Of a stretch of DNA of 64,000 bases, positions 1 to 10,395 are shown piece by piece. A program made the translations under genes and the position numbers. This stretch comes from an uncultured delta proteobacterium. Its GTDB lineage: Bacteria > Myxococcota > Myxococcia > Myxococcales > Myxococcaceae. Below the pieces are notes generated by a model. It did no database searches. It was given only the letters and a program-made list of their open reading frames with translations, and was not told where the DNA came from. The DNA lies in assembly GCA_963776345.1 (NCBI GenBank), contig CAVZMH010000019.1, positions 1 to 64,000 of the forward strand, given 5' to 3'. The stretch's first letter is position 1. Each line of letters begins with the position of its first letter.

Positions 1-77
1 TTGATTATGCGTTGTGGTGAAGCAGTGATAGAATTGGGGGAGCGGAGACGGTAGTTATTTCTGGCGGAGAGGTAGAT

Positions 78-1585
78 ATGCTAGAGCATATCAAGGTATC
101 AAACATCAAAGGACTCAAAGAGTGTACTCTCTCAGGGTTAGGTAAGATAAACGTAATTTGTGGCAAGAACAACAGCGGGAAATCAACCCTTTTAGAGGGA
201 ATCAATTCTCCCAGTTGTGTGGGCTATGGGAAAAAGTTAGATATTGGAGTGGCCCAGACCATTTACCATGCCTCTCTAATTCACATGGGTTGGAAGCAGC
301 GGCCAGATATGGATGCGAGGTATTTCGATTTATTAGCGGCGCCACTTGAGCCAGACAAGATTTGGTATTCAAGCGAGGCATTATCCTTTGTGAATGCTAT
401 CGAGGAAAAGTTCGACGAAGACCGCGAACTTGGCGCATGGGCCTTTTCTAGGCCAGCATTACGAGCAAAGCCTACGAGTCTTTGTTTCCAGAGAAGTACG
501 AGATTGTATTACTGCCTCCCAAGAGAAGCCTCAATCTGTATCATACGATCCAAGCAAATGAAGAAATTACTCCTCAGGGATTGGGGATACTCAACTATCT
601 ATTCTACGCTAAGAATCAGAGGGAAGGCTCGGACGACAGAATAGTATACAACGCTGTCAGTGATGCGTTTACCAAGATCTCATCCGGTTACAGGTTTGAT
701 ATTTTTCTGGAACAGAGCAACCACCTAAGGCTGAATTTTTCCTACGACGACACTCCTTGGATAAATGCGGCAGATTGCGGGTTAGGCCTTCAGGATCTGT
801 TAGTCATATTATATTTCTCCTTGCATCCAAAATATGACGTGATACTCATTGAAGAGCCGGAAAGTCACTTGCACCCCGATATGCAGCGTAAACTATTGTA
901 TTTCCTTAGAGAAGAAACATCCAAGCATCGACAATTCTTCTTGACCACTCATTCCAATGTCTTCCTGAGCAGTTCTCTAGTAGACAAGATGTTTTTGACG
1001 TATTTCGACGAATCTGTGAGAGTCAGCGATGCCACGAGCAAGGCACAAATTCTCAATGAAATAGGCTATTCGGTAACTGACAATTTGGTTTCTGATTTGA
1101 TCGTTTTGGTAGAAGGGCCGACCGATAAACCGGTGCTCGAAGAATTCTTGCTCAAGTTGGGATTAATCGGTTTGTATGACATCAAAATCTGGCCGCTGGG
1201 CGGCGATATCATGGGGCAATTAGATTTGTCGACCTTCGGACAAAATCACGAGATCATAGCACTGGTTGACAATGACCCGAAAAGTGACAGAGTCAGGAAG
1301 GAGTTTGTCGAAAACTGTCAGAGATACAACATCAGAGTGCATCGCCTGAATAGGTACTCAATAGAGAACTATTTCTCGTTGACTGCTTTGAGAAAAGTGT
1401 TTGGCTCTCAAATTCCACTGTCTGTTACTGATATTGACCCCAATATCAGGCTCGAAAATCAGATTGGTATAGATGTGAAGAAGAACAACAGGAAAATAGC
1501 CAAGAACATGGTTCTAGAAGAGATAGATGGCACTGATCTTTTTGATTTCCTCAAGCAAGTGGAAGCATCGTGCAAGAAAGCGTGA
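78..1585 (+). CDS. OLD-family ATP-dependent nuclease (ABC-type ATPase + TOPRIM), one apparent frameshift near 465-480
   Basis: ORF 78-644 starts with Walker A (GKNNSGKST). ORF 482-1585 has a signature-like CGLGLQ, Walker B/D-loop ILIEEPESHLHP, H-loop LTTHS and TOPRIM VLVEGPTD...DND. The two frames join into one ~500 aa gene. AT-richer than its neighbours. Confidence 0.85.
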
Positions 1586-1638
1586 CGTAGCTAACAATGC
1601 TAAGAAGTATATCAAACCGGATGGTTTTGAGTCAAATC

Positions 1639-1724
1639 ATGCCCATCCGCCTCGATGCTGAATGCAATGAACCCGCCGTGCTGTTTGATTTTGCGGGAAG
1701 TTTTATCGGCAAGTGCTTGTTGGA
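1639..1724 (+). pseudogene. Diverged duplicate of the 5' end of the downstream methyltransferase gene
   Basis: Encodes MPIRLDAECNEPAVLFDFAGSFIGKCLLD versus MPIRLDPERNEPAALFDLAESFTGKRVLE at 2347; the nucleotide similarity is visible. Confidence 0.8.
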
Positions 1725-1739
1725 TCGGGAGGAATTTGG

Positions 1740-1815
1740 ACCACGAAACGCGCGAACGAAACGAAAGACACGAAAGGCTTTCGCGCCTTTCGTGAGGTTT
1801 CGTGACATTCGTGAT
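1740..1815. repeat. CGAA/TTCG ~9-nt periodic imperfect palindromic repeat (left flank of GxxExxY)
   Basis: accacgaaacgcgcgaacgaaacgaaagacacgaaag is followed by the complementary tttcgcgcctttcgtgaggtttcgtgacattcgtg. Confidence 0.75.
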
Positions 1816-1856
1816 CCAAATTCTTATCGCATGGAATTGTAATCAGGTATATAGCC

Positions 1857-2291
1857 ATGCCGGGCTCATACTCGACCCAAGGACATGATTTCAGATCCAC
1901 ATCTTACAAAACCCTTGGCGCGTGTATTTACGTTCAGAAACAGTTGGGTGTTCACTGCATGGAAGTGGATTATCAACGCGCATTAGAGTTAGCATTGCCC
2001 AAATACGGCCTGCGGTTTGAGCGCGAGGTGGAAATCCCCATTGCCTACTATGGCGTGGTCGTCACCAAACGCCGAGTGGATTTTGTGATCTGGGACGCAG
2101 CAGACGAGTCCGATGAATTGTTGCTGGAAACCAAAGCTCGAAGCACTATTTTGCCCGAAGATATTGAGCAGTGTTTGCTTTACCTGCACCAGGGCAGCTA
2201 TCAAATCTGCTTGCTGGTCAACTTTGGAGAAAAACCTTTGGGCATGAAACGACTGGTTCATACGCCGCCCGGCCAACAGCCGATCAAGTGA
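1857..2291 (+). CDS. GxxExxY protein (PD-(D/E)xK nuclease-like)
   Basis: LGVHCMEVDYQRAL, EREVEIPIAY, RVDFVI...LLETKA and LLVNFG are family hallmarks. Confidence 0.9.
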   Translation: MPGSYSTQGHDFRSTSYKTLGACIYVQKQLGVHCMEVDYQRALELALPKYGLRFEREVEIPIAYYGVVVTKRRVDFVIWDAADESDELLLETKARSTILPEDIEQCLLYLHQGSYQICLLVNFGEKPLGMKRLVHTPPGQQPIK

Positions 2292-2298
2292 TCGTCAT

Positions 2299-2335
2299 CT
2301 TTCGTGCTTTTCGTGCTCTTTCGCGAGGTTCGTGA
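2299..2335. repeat. TTCG periodic repeat (right flank of GxxExxY)
   Basis: ctttcgtgcttttcgtgctctttcgcgaggttcgtga has the same unit as 1779-1815. Confidence 0.75.
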
Positions 2336-2346
2336 TTCAAATACCT

Positions 2347-3094
2347 ATGCCCATCCGACTCGACCCTGAACGCAACGAACCCGCCGCGCTGTTTGACTTG
2401 GCCGAAAGCTTTACGGGCAAGCGCGTGCTGGAAATCGGCTGCGGCGATGGCCGCCTGACGTGGCGGTTTGCCGATCAGGCCGCACGCGTCGTCGCGCATT
2501 GACCCGGATGCCGAGGACGTTGCGCTGGCGATTCAGGCTTGCCCGCCGCATCTGCGCGAGCGCGTCCAGTTCCACGTGGGCACGATTCAAGAATTCGAGT
2601 CGTCCGAGAGATTTGACCTGGCGCTCCTTTCGTGGTCGCTCTGATGAATGGAACCGGCGGGCATGGTGCATGCCCTTGAGAAAATCCACGAGCTCTTGGA
2701 GCCGGACGGCAGATTGATTGATATTCACCCATCGGGCGAGCCGCCGCCGATCGAGGTCCGCGTCGGACAGCAGGTGACGGTCGTCGGCTGGATGAAAGAA
2801 ACAGATGACTTTGTCGAGTACGCTCAGGCCAGCGCCGCGTTGTCTGAGGCGATTGAGCGCGGGTGGTTAGACGTCGAACGGAAAGGCATGTTTGAATTTG
2901 TCACGCACGCCGATTCGATATTCTGACCTGCGCGAGTACTTGGCAAAAGAATGGAAAGATGCCATACTTGATGCGGCGGTTGCGGCAAAGGCGGAGGAAT
3001 TGTTGGCGCGCCGGAACACGACAAAGAGTTGATCGTGCGCGAGCAAGTCCGCATCGCGCGATTGAGACGTGGAGACATGCATGGATCTACTTGA
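2347..3094 (+). CDS. Class I SAM-dependent methyltransferase with in-frame TGA-TGA (2642-2647), candidate selenoprotein; also apparent sequencing frameshifts near 2497, 2920 and 3010
   Basis: Motif I VLEIGCGDGRLT, then IDPD, then FDLALLSWSL-TGA-TGA-MEPAGMVHALEKIHELLEPDGRL (post-motif II/III), all in one frame from 2498. Confidence 0.75.
2659..2675 (+). promoter_or_regulatory. Putative bacterial SECIS hairpin
   Basis: Perfect stem GGGCAT/ATGCCC with loop GGTGC. The first loop G lies 17-20 nt after the two TGA codons. Confidence 0.55.
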
Positions 3095-4148
3095 GCTTGG
3101 AATATCGCTGCTGCACGCGCGGGCAACAAGGCCGAAGCCCGCATGTATCTTGAAGCTGTCACCATGGCTGAACCGGACAATGCGCAGGCGTTTCTCTGGC
3201 TCAGCTTTGTGCTGGAGGACCCCAAGCTCTCGCTGCGCTGCCTGGAGCGCGTGCTGGCCATTGACCCGGATAACGAACAGGCCAAACGCGGCGTGGCCTG
3301 GCTTCGGTCGCAAAAGGGCGACAAGGCCGCGCCGCTCCCACCGCTGCTCTCGGATGCCGAGTTTACCCAGCTCGTTCGGTTGCTCAAGCATCCTCAGGAG
3401 CCGGTCGTCGTCAAGGCCGTGCGTTATCTCGGACAGGCGGGCGGCGCGCGCGCCGTCGAGCCGCTCTTGAGCTTGCTGATGTCCACCAAGAGCAAAGCAC
3501 TTCAGGCTGAGGCGCGGACGGCGCTCATCGCCATCGGCACGCCCTCAGTTGACCCGGTGCTGCAGCGGCTGTTGAATGAATCCAACCTGGACCTGGCCGG
3601 TCAACTGGCGGCGATCCTGGCGCGCGTCCGCTCGATGGCGGCGCTGGCAGCCTGCCGGGATGTCGATGGATCATGCCCGGCATCCCTCCACGCGGTACGC
3701 GATGGTGCTCAACCTGACCGCTTCCGTGCACGGCGAGCCTGCGCTGGGCATCGTGCGCGATTACTTGTTTGACTCCAGCCAGGACATGCGCGCCCGCACG
3801 GCGATCGTGATGGCGATGGGTCAGGCGATCAAGGGCAAGTCAACGGATGCCAGTCAAGGCATCGGCTTTCTGATGGACATTCATACGGAACTGGCCTGGC
3901 CCGTTGCCCTGCGGCAGGCCGCGCTGATCGCCCTCGGCATCTCCAGCCAGCCTTCCGTCTTGCGCTATCTCTTTGAAGCGATAGGCGATAAAGACCCGCA
4001 AATGCGTGTCGCCGCTGTAGATGCGCTGGCTCGTTTCACGCCGCCACAGACGGCGGCATTGGACAAGCTGGCGCATAGCCCGGATGCCGTGGTGCGCAAG
4101 CGCGCCAATCAGATCCTCGACGCGCTTCAGGCCGCTCAAAAGAAATAG
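3081..4148 (+). CDS. TPR + HEAT-repeat protein (frameshifted near 3120 and 3665)
   Basis: EPDNAQAFLWLS...CLERVLAIDPDNEQAKRG TPR, followed by HEAT repeats (LGQAGGARAVEPLL, DKDPQMRVAAVDAL). Confidence 0.75.
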
Positions 4149-4149
4149 A

Positions 4150-4176
4150 CCTTTGAGGCTTCCCAAACCTCAAGGG
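4150..4176. terminator. Hairpin directly after the stop codon (terminator or REP-like)
   Basis: cctttgagg-cttcccaaa-cctcaaggg inverted repeat. Confidence 0.5.
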
Positions 4177-4439
4177 CCTCTCCAATGATGAGAGCGACGA
4201 TGACGCTCCGCGCCGACCGCAAAAAGCGCAGCGTCACGCTCAACATAAGGACCGAAGGAGTCGCGCGATTCAAAGAAAGCTGGTGGCAGTTTCGGATGTG
4301 TCGTCGGGAATTTCAAGCGCGGCGATTTGGACAAGATGCGTGCGGGCTATGATGCACTGCGGCAGATCAATCCGCCGAGCTACTCGGAGGCCCACGTCAA
4401 GCAGACGCGTGATCAAGGTGTGATTTGAGGAGAGTGTAG

Positions 4440-4778
4440 ATGGAGAACCCTCTGGTGATCGCGCTCACGGTCAGCGGCGTCGGGCTGCTGATACTTTTTG
4501 GGGCGCTGGCTTTTCTCTATGGTCTGATGTATGCGATGACGGCCATCATCCGGGATCGGCCCGATGTGAAGGAAAAGATGCCCGTGCACGTCGTCGAGGC
4601 TGATGGAAAGCCGGCGCACGTCATGCAAAAGGTGGCAGTTGTGGCCGTCGCTCTGGCGCGAGCAGAACTGGAATCAAGCCTGGCCCGCTCGCCGGAAGCG
4701 GAGGTCGGCCTCAGCCCGTGGGGGCAATATCACCGTCACCGCCTGTTGGGCATGAATCCGCGCGCAAGGATAGGCTGA
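4440..4778 (+). CDS. Na+-translocating decarboxylase gamma/delta subunit (OadG family)
   Basis: N-terminal TM helix, VAVVAVALA segment and SPW motif; lies upstream of the biotin carrier and beta subunit. Confidence 0.75.
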   Translation: MENPLVIALTVSGVGLLILFGALAFLYGLMYAMTAIIRDRPDVKEKMPVHVVEADGKPAHVMQKVAVVAVALARAELESSLARSPEAEVGLSPWGQYHRHRLLGMNPRARIG

Positions 4779-5204
4779 TGAAGCACTACCGTATCACTCT
4801 TGAGGGCCATACATACGATGTGGAGGTGCTGGACGATCCGCGCCAGCGCCAGGTGAGAGTTCGGGTGGACGGCGAGGTTTTGACGGTGGAAGCAGAAGCG
4901 GCATTGGATGTTGGAGGAGATGTCACCTTCTGCGCCAGTCTCATCGGCTGCATCGCCGCCGGTTGCTCCGGCGGGCGCTGCGGCCGGCGTTGTCAAGGCC
5001 CCGCTGCCGGGCGTGATCAAGTCCATCGCCGTGAGTCCTGGCGAGCGAGTTGCGGCTGGCGATGAGCTGCTCGTCATCGAGGCGATGAAGATGAACAACG
5101 TTATCCGCGCCCCGCGCGGAGGGACGGTGAGTCTCATCTACGTCAGCGAGGGCCGGCAGGTGCCTCACGGCGAGCCGTTGCTGCGCCTCCAGGAGGAGCC
5201 GTGA
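4778..5204 (+). CDS. Biotin carboxyl carrier protein of the decarboxylase (frameshift near 4905)
   Basis: MKHYRITLEGHTYDVEV N-terminus, Ala/Pro linker, VKAPLPG...IEAMKMNN biotinylation motif. Confidence 0.9.
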
Positions 5205-6349
5205 GCGGCTTGGGCTCGAACCAGCTTGCGGGAGGCCTCTTGACGATCACCTGGCAACAGTTGGTGATGGTGTTCGTGGGCGGCCTATTGATGTATCTGG
5301 CCATTGCCAAACAGTATGAGCCGACGCTTTTGTTGCCTATAGGCTTTGGTTGCATGCTGGGCAACCTGCCCGTCTCCGCCTACATGATTGGACCGGAGGG
5401 ACTGTTCGGCATTCTAAAGCGGGCCGGGATTGACACCGAACTGTTCCCGCTTCTGATTTTCCTGGGCGTGGGCGCCATGATGGACATGCGCCCGCTTCTG
5501 AGCCAGCCCATCTTTATCCTGATGGGGGCGTTAGGCCACTTGGGAATCTTTGGCGCGCTGATCGCCGCCGTTCTCTTGGGCTTTAACCTGGCCGAGGCAA
5601 CCAGCATTGGCGTCATCGGCGCAATTGACGGGCCGACGGTGATCTTTGTCGGAGCCAAGTTGGAACACTTTTTCAATACACCCGGGCTGGCAGCGGCCGT
5701 GGCCGTCACGGCTTACTCGTATATGAGCCTGGTACCTATTATCCAGCCGCCGCTGATGCGGCTGTTGACGACCCGGCGCGAGCGGGCCATCCGAATGGAG
5801 TACACGCCCCGGCCTGTTTCCAAGACCGCGGTGATCCTCTTTCCCATCTTGGTGACGCTGCTGGCGGGTGTATTCTTGCCGCAGGCTGCCCCGCTCGTCG
5901 CCACCCTGATGCTGGGCAACTTGCTGCGAGAATCAGGCGTCGTGGAAGGTCTCAGCCGCACGGCGCAGGAAGCGATCACAAACACTGCTACTCTCTTTCT
6001 GGGCTTGACCATCGGCTCGACGATGCAGGGAGCGGCCTTTTTGAGCGCCGGCACCCTCAAAGTCTTGTTGTTGGGATTGGTAGCATTTGCCCTCGATACC
6101 ATCGGCGGCCTCCTGTTTGGCAAGTTGATCTGCTGGCTTTCCGGGCAGCGGATCAACCCTCTGGTAGGAGCCGCTGCCATCAGTGCATTTCCCATGAGCG
6201 GACGACTGGCCCAAAAAGTAGCCTTGGAGGAGGACAACCAGAATTTCATTTTGATGCACGCCATTGGCGCCAACACTGCCGGGCAAGTGGCGTCGGTCAT
6301 CGCGGCCGGCGTGTTGATGGCGCTGATCTTTCCCTATATTCTGCGCTGA
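5201..6349 (+). CDS. oadB: Na+-translocating decarboxylase beta subunit
   Basis: YEPTLLLPIGFG, IGAIDGPT, AYSYMSLVPIIQPP, HAIGANTAGQ. Confidence 0.93.
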   Translation: MSGLGSNQLAGGLLTITWQQLVMVFVGGLLMYLAIAKQYEPTLLLPIGFGCMLGNLPVSAYMIGPEGLFGILKRAGIDTELFPLLIFLGVGAMMDMRPLLSQPIFILMGALGHLGIFGALIAAVLLGFNLAEATSIGVIGAIDGPTVIFVGAKLEHFFNTPGLAAAVAVTAYSYMSLVPIIQPPLMRLLTTRRERAIRMEYTPRPVSKTAVILFPILVTLLAGVFLPQAAPLVATLMLGNLLRESGVVEGLSRTAQEAITNTATLFLGLTIGSTMQGAAFLSAGTLKVLLLGLVAFALDTIGGLLFGKLICWLSGQRINPLVGAAAISAFPMSGRLAQKVALEEDNQNFILMHAIGANTAGQVASVIAAGVLMALIFPYILR

Positions 6350-6377
6350 GCGTTCGAGCGGCGATCAAAGGAGGTGT

Positions 6378-6430
6378 ATGTCTGGGCAAATCGGCTCGGT
6401 CATCGGCGGCGTGTTGCTGGCACTGGTTGA
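6378..6430 (+). pseudogene. Remnant C-terminus of a second beta-subunit paralog
   Basis: SGQIGSVIGGVLLALV matches the OadB end AGQVASVIAAGVLMALI. Confidence 0.5.
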
Positions 6431-6453
6431 GCGTGCAGGGTGGCGGCGCACTG

Positions 6454-7808
6454 ATGAAGATTGCGATTATTGGCGCGGCAGGTGTGCGGACGCCCTGATC
6501 GTGCAGGCGATTCAGCGACGTCATGCGGCTGGCCGCCTGGATTTGACACGAGCTGGCGTTGATGGACATGGATGCCGAGCGACTTGACTTGATCGGCGCA
6601 CTGACTGGCGCCGCTGGAGCAGAGCGCAGGTTTTCGCATCACGCGAACGACGGATGCGGCTGCGGCATTGAGTTCGGCCGACTATGTCATCACTACGTTC
6701 CGCGTGGGCGGGATCGAGTCGCGCGTGGTGGACGAGCGCGTGCCCCTGGCGCACGGCCTTCTGGGGCAAGAGACGACCGGGCCGGGCGGCTTTGCGATGG
6801 CGATGCGCACGATCCCGGTGCTGCTCGACTATATCGCACTCATGCGCAAGCTTTGCCCGAATGCTTGGCTGATCAACTTTGCCAATCCTGCCGGACTGTT
6901 GACCGAAGCGATTGTCCGCGTGGCGAAATGGGACCGAGCCGTCGGCATTTGCGATTCGCCGCGCAACTTGCTCATCGCCGCCACGGCGCTTGGCCTGCCA
7001 CCCGACGAGGTCTACCTGGATTATTTCGGCCTGAATCATTTGGGCTGGGCGCGGTCGGTCGTTCACGGCAACCGGGATGTCTTGCCGCAGTTCATCGAAC
7101 TGATGCGGCGCTCGAATCAGCCGTGGCCGGGCTTGCCTTTCGATCCCGAATTCATCTCAGCGCTTGGGCTTGCTGCCGAACGAGTACCTCTACTACTATT
7201 ATCATGCCGATCAGGCCGTGCGAAACATTCTACAAAGCCGGGCAGAGTCGAGGCGAGCAGATCGCCGCACTGAACGCCCAATTGTTTGCCGACTTGCGGC
7301 GGCGAAAGGCGCAAGGCGATCTCGACGGAATGCTTGCGGCATACCGGACCTATCTTGGCGAGCGCGGCGGATCGTATATGGTGGCCGAGACGGGCGGGGG
7401 CATCATCGTGCATCCGAGCCGGCAGACGACGAAGGTTATGCAGGCGTCGCGCTCGATCTGATCGAGGCGCTTTCCGGCGCACTACCCAGGACGATGATCC
7501 TCAACGTGCCGAATCGCGGAGCGATGAGCGCAATGGCCCGCGATGACGTGGTCGAGATTCCGGCCTTGTGTCGCGGGATTCGATTCGACCGCTGGCCGTG
7601 GGCGACGTGCCGGATCACTGCCTCGGGCTGATCAAGCAGGTCAAGGCTTTTGAGCGGCTCACGATTGCGGCGGCTGTGGCAGGCTCGTACTCTCAAGCGG
7701 TCGCGGCGCTGACGGTGCATCCTCTGGTGCGTGACCATGCCAAGGCCAAGTCCATCGTCGACGAATACTGCGAGCAACATGGCGCCGTCTTTCCCAGTGT
7801 TGAGCTAG
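6454..7808 (+). CDS. GH4 glycoside hydrolase (6-phospho-beta-glucosidase-like), multiple frameshifts
   Basis: MKIAIIGAAGVRTP, GQETTGPGG, NFANP, GICD, GLNH, NVPNRGA and ALTVHPLV are spread over several frames. Confidence 0.88.
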
Positions 7809-7822
7809 CGGAGTCTGTGCTC

Positions 7823-8752
7823 ATGACTCATCCTTACGATGTCATTGTCATCGGCGATTATTTTATTGACCTGGTCTTTGGCGGCTTGCCCCGGTTTCCC
7901 GAACTGGGCGTCGAGATCATCGGCACGGACTTTGAGATGATCCCGGGCGGCGCGTACAACAGCGCGCTGGCGATGCACCGGCTTGGACTCAAGGTGGGTT
8001 GGGCGTGCGATTTTGGAACGGATGACTTTTCGCGTTTTGTGTTGGAACGAGCGCGGTCGGATGGGTTGGACGATTCACTCTTTGTGTGCCACGCTCAACC
8101 GTTGCGGCGTATCACGGTGTCGGCTTCGTATCCAGAGGATCGAGCGTTCATCACGTATTGCGATCCTGATCCGTCGGCCCCGGCTGTGCTACAAGCTTTG
8201 GCGACTGACCTCGGCGCGCGTCGTGTACATTGCAGGCTTCTACGAGGGACCGACGTTCGAGTGCATTGTGCAAGCGGTGCGCGCTCGTCAGATGAAGCTG
8301 GTCATGGACGGCAATTCGAGTTGCGAGGTTCAACTGGCAAGCCCTCCGGTGCGCGAGGCCATTTGCGGCGTGGATGTGTTCATGCCCAACGCAGCCGAAG
8401 CGCGGCGCATCACCGGTCAGGCCGATCTCGGCCGGGCGATGGAGGTGCTGGGCGAGCTCTGTCCGCTGGTGGTGATCAAAGATGGCGCTGCGAGGCGCGT
8501 ATGCCGGCACCCGCTCGCGTGTGACACCACGCGCCGGCCATCCGGTCACGCCCGTGGATACGACCGGTGCCGGTGATTGCTTCAACGCTGGATTCCTGGC
8601 GGCATGGCTCGATGGCTTGCCGTTAGACAGAGTGTTTGCGCTGGGGCAACGTCGTGGGCGGGCTTTCGACCTTGTCGCCCGGCGGCACAGGGCGAGCCGT
8701 CACCCGGTCGGATGTTGAAGCGTGGCTGCGGCCGAAGATGGCGTCAATCTAG
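7823..8752 (+). CDS. PfkB-family carbohydrate kinase, frameshifted
   Basis: VIGDYFIDL, PGGAYN, FMPNAAEA, VDTTGAGDCFNAGF. Confidence 0.9.
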
Positions 8753-8801
8753 TCCGCCCGCTGCAAAGGTCGCCGTTACAAAAAATCTTGAAAGGAAAAG
8801 T

Positions 8802-10338
8802 ATGGAACCGAAATTTGTCGACTCAAAACCCGCCTGGCTGAAATTCACGACTTGAATAAAATCGGCCAACTGCTGAGTTGGGATCAGCAGACGCATGATG
8901 ACGCCCGGTGGAGCCGCGGTGCGCGCCGAGCAGCGCTCTACGCTGGGCCGCCTGTCGCACGAGAAATTCACCGTCGGATGAAATCGGGCGCTTGCTGGAG
9001 ACCTGCGGCCTTACGAGGCGAGCCTGCCTTATGATTCCGACGAGGCCAGCCTGATTCGGGTGGCGCGCAAGGATTACGAAAAGGCGCGGCGCGTGCCCGA
9101 CCGACCTGCAGGCGGAGATGACTCGCACCGGCGGCGCTGGCGCATGAACGTGTGGGTCGAGGCGCGCAAGACATCAAGACTATACACTCTTTTTGCCGCA
9201 CCTGCAAAAGACGATTGAGCTGAAGCATCAAGTACGTCGAGTGCTTTGCGCCGTACGAGACACGTCTATGATCCGTCTGCTCGACGACTTTGAGCGTGGG
9301 ATGAAGACGCCGCAAGTCAAGCACGTCTTTGACGACCTCAAGCGCGACCTGATCCCGTTCATGGCGGCCATCGCCGAGCGCGGCGACGTGGTAAGCGATG
9401 CGTGTCTGCACGGGTATTTCCCGGCGGACAAGCAGCGCGAGTTTTGCCTCAGCATCATCTCGCGCTTTGGCTTCAAGCCGGATTCGTGGCGGCTCGATCC
9501 GACGGTGCATCCCTTTGCCTCCAACACGTGCACCACGGACATTCGCATCACCACGCGCTATCACGAGGATTTCATCAACGCGGCGCTCTTTGGCTCGATG
9601 CACGAGTGCGGGCACGGGCTGTACGAGAACGGCGTGAGCCCGGCGCTGGAGCGCACGCTGCTGTGCCGGGGCGCGTCGTCGGCATGCACGAGTCGCAGAG
9701 CCGGATGTGGGAAAACTATGTCGGGCGCAGCCCTCATTCTGGAAGTACTTTTATCCTCGCCTGCAAGCGACCTCCCTGGGCAATTCGCCCGAGTGGACAT
9801 GGAGACGTTCTATCGCGCCGTCAACAAGGTGCAGCCTTCGCTCATCCGCGTCGAGGCGGACGAGGCCACGTATAACTATGCACATCATCCTACGCTTTGA
9901 GCTGGAGCAAGAGATCATGGAAGGCAAGTTGGCGTTGCGTGACTTGCCGAAGGCGTGGAACGCGCGCATGAAGGCTTACCTCGGTATTGACGTGCCGGAC
10001 GACGCGCATGGCATGCTTGCAGGACGTGTCACTGGTCGCAGGGCCTGCTCGGCTATTTCCCCACCTACTCGCTGGGCAACATCATCGCGGCGCAAATCTG
10101 GGAAAAGGCGCTGGCGGCAATCCCCGATCTGTACGAGCAGTTCGAGCGCGGCGAGTTCACGGCGTTGCGGGAGTGGCTGCGACAGAAACCTGCATCGCCA
10201 CGGGCGCAAGTTCACCCCGGTCGAGACACTTGGAAAAGGTCGTGGGTTCGCGTCCCCATCAGGGAAGGGCCGATCAACGTCGGGCCGTATGTGCGTTACC
10301 TCAAAAGCAAGCTCGGCGAAGTCTATGGTGTGAGTTGA
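8802..10338 (+). CDS. Carboxypeptidase M32 (Taq-like), multiple frameshifts
   Basis: LLSWDQQT, HPF, DIRITTRY, HECGHGLYE (HExxH), HESQSR, IRVEADE, GYFPTYSLG. Confidence 0.92.
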
Positions 10339-10395
10339 CGGTTCCGCTCACGGGTCCGCTTGCGGTGTGAAGTGAGCAAGCCGCCATGGTCAGCG

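Noticed and set aside
4181..4430. Possible small gene or ncRNA between the HEAT gene and oadG
   Set aside because: No continuous ORF, recognisable motif or convincing structure.
6454..10338. Cluster of true pseudogenes or programmed frameshifts
   Set aside because: Indels are scattered without slippery sites and catalytic motifs are intact; this fits sequencing error.
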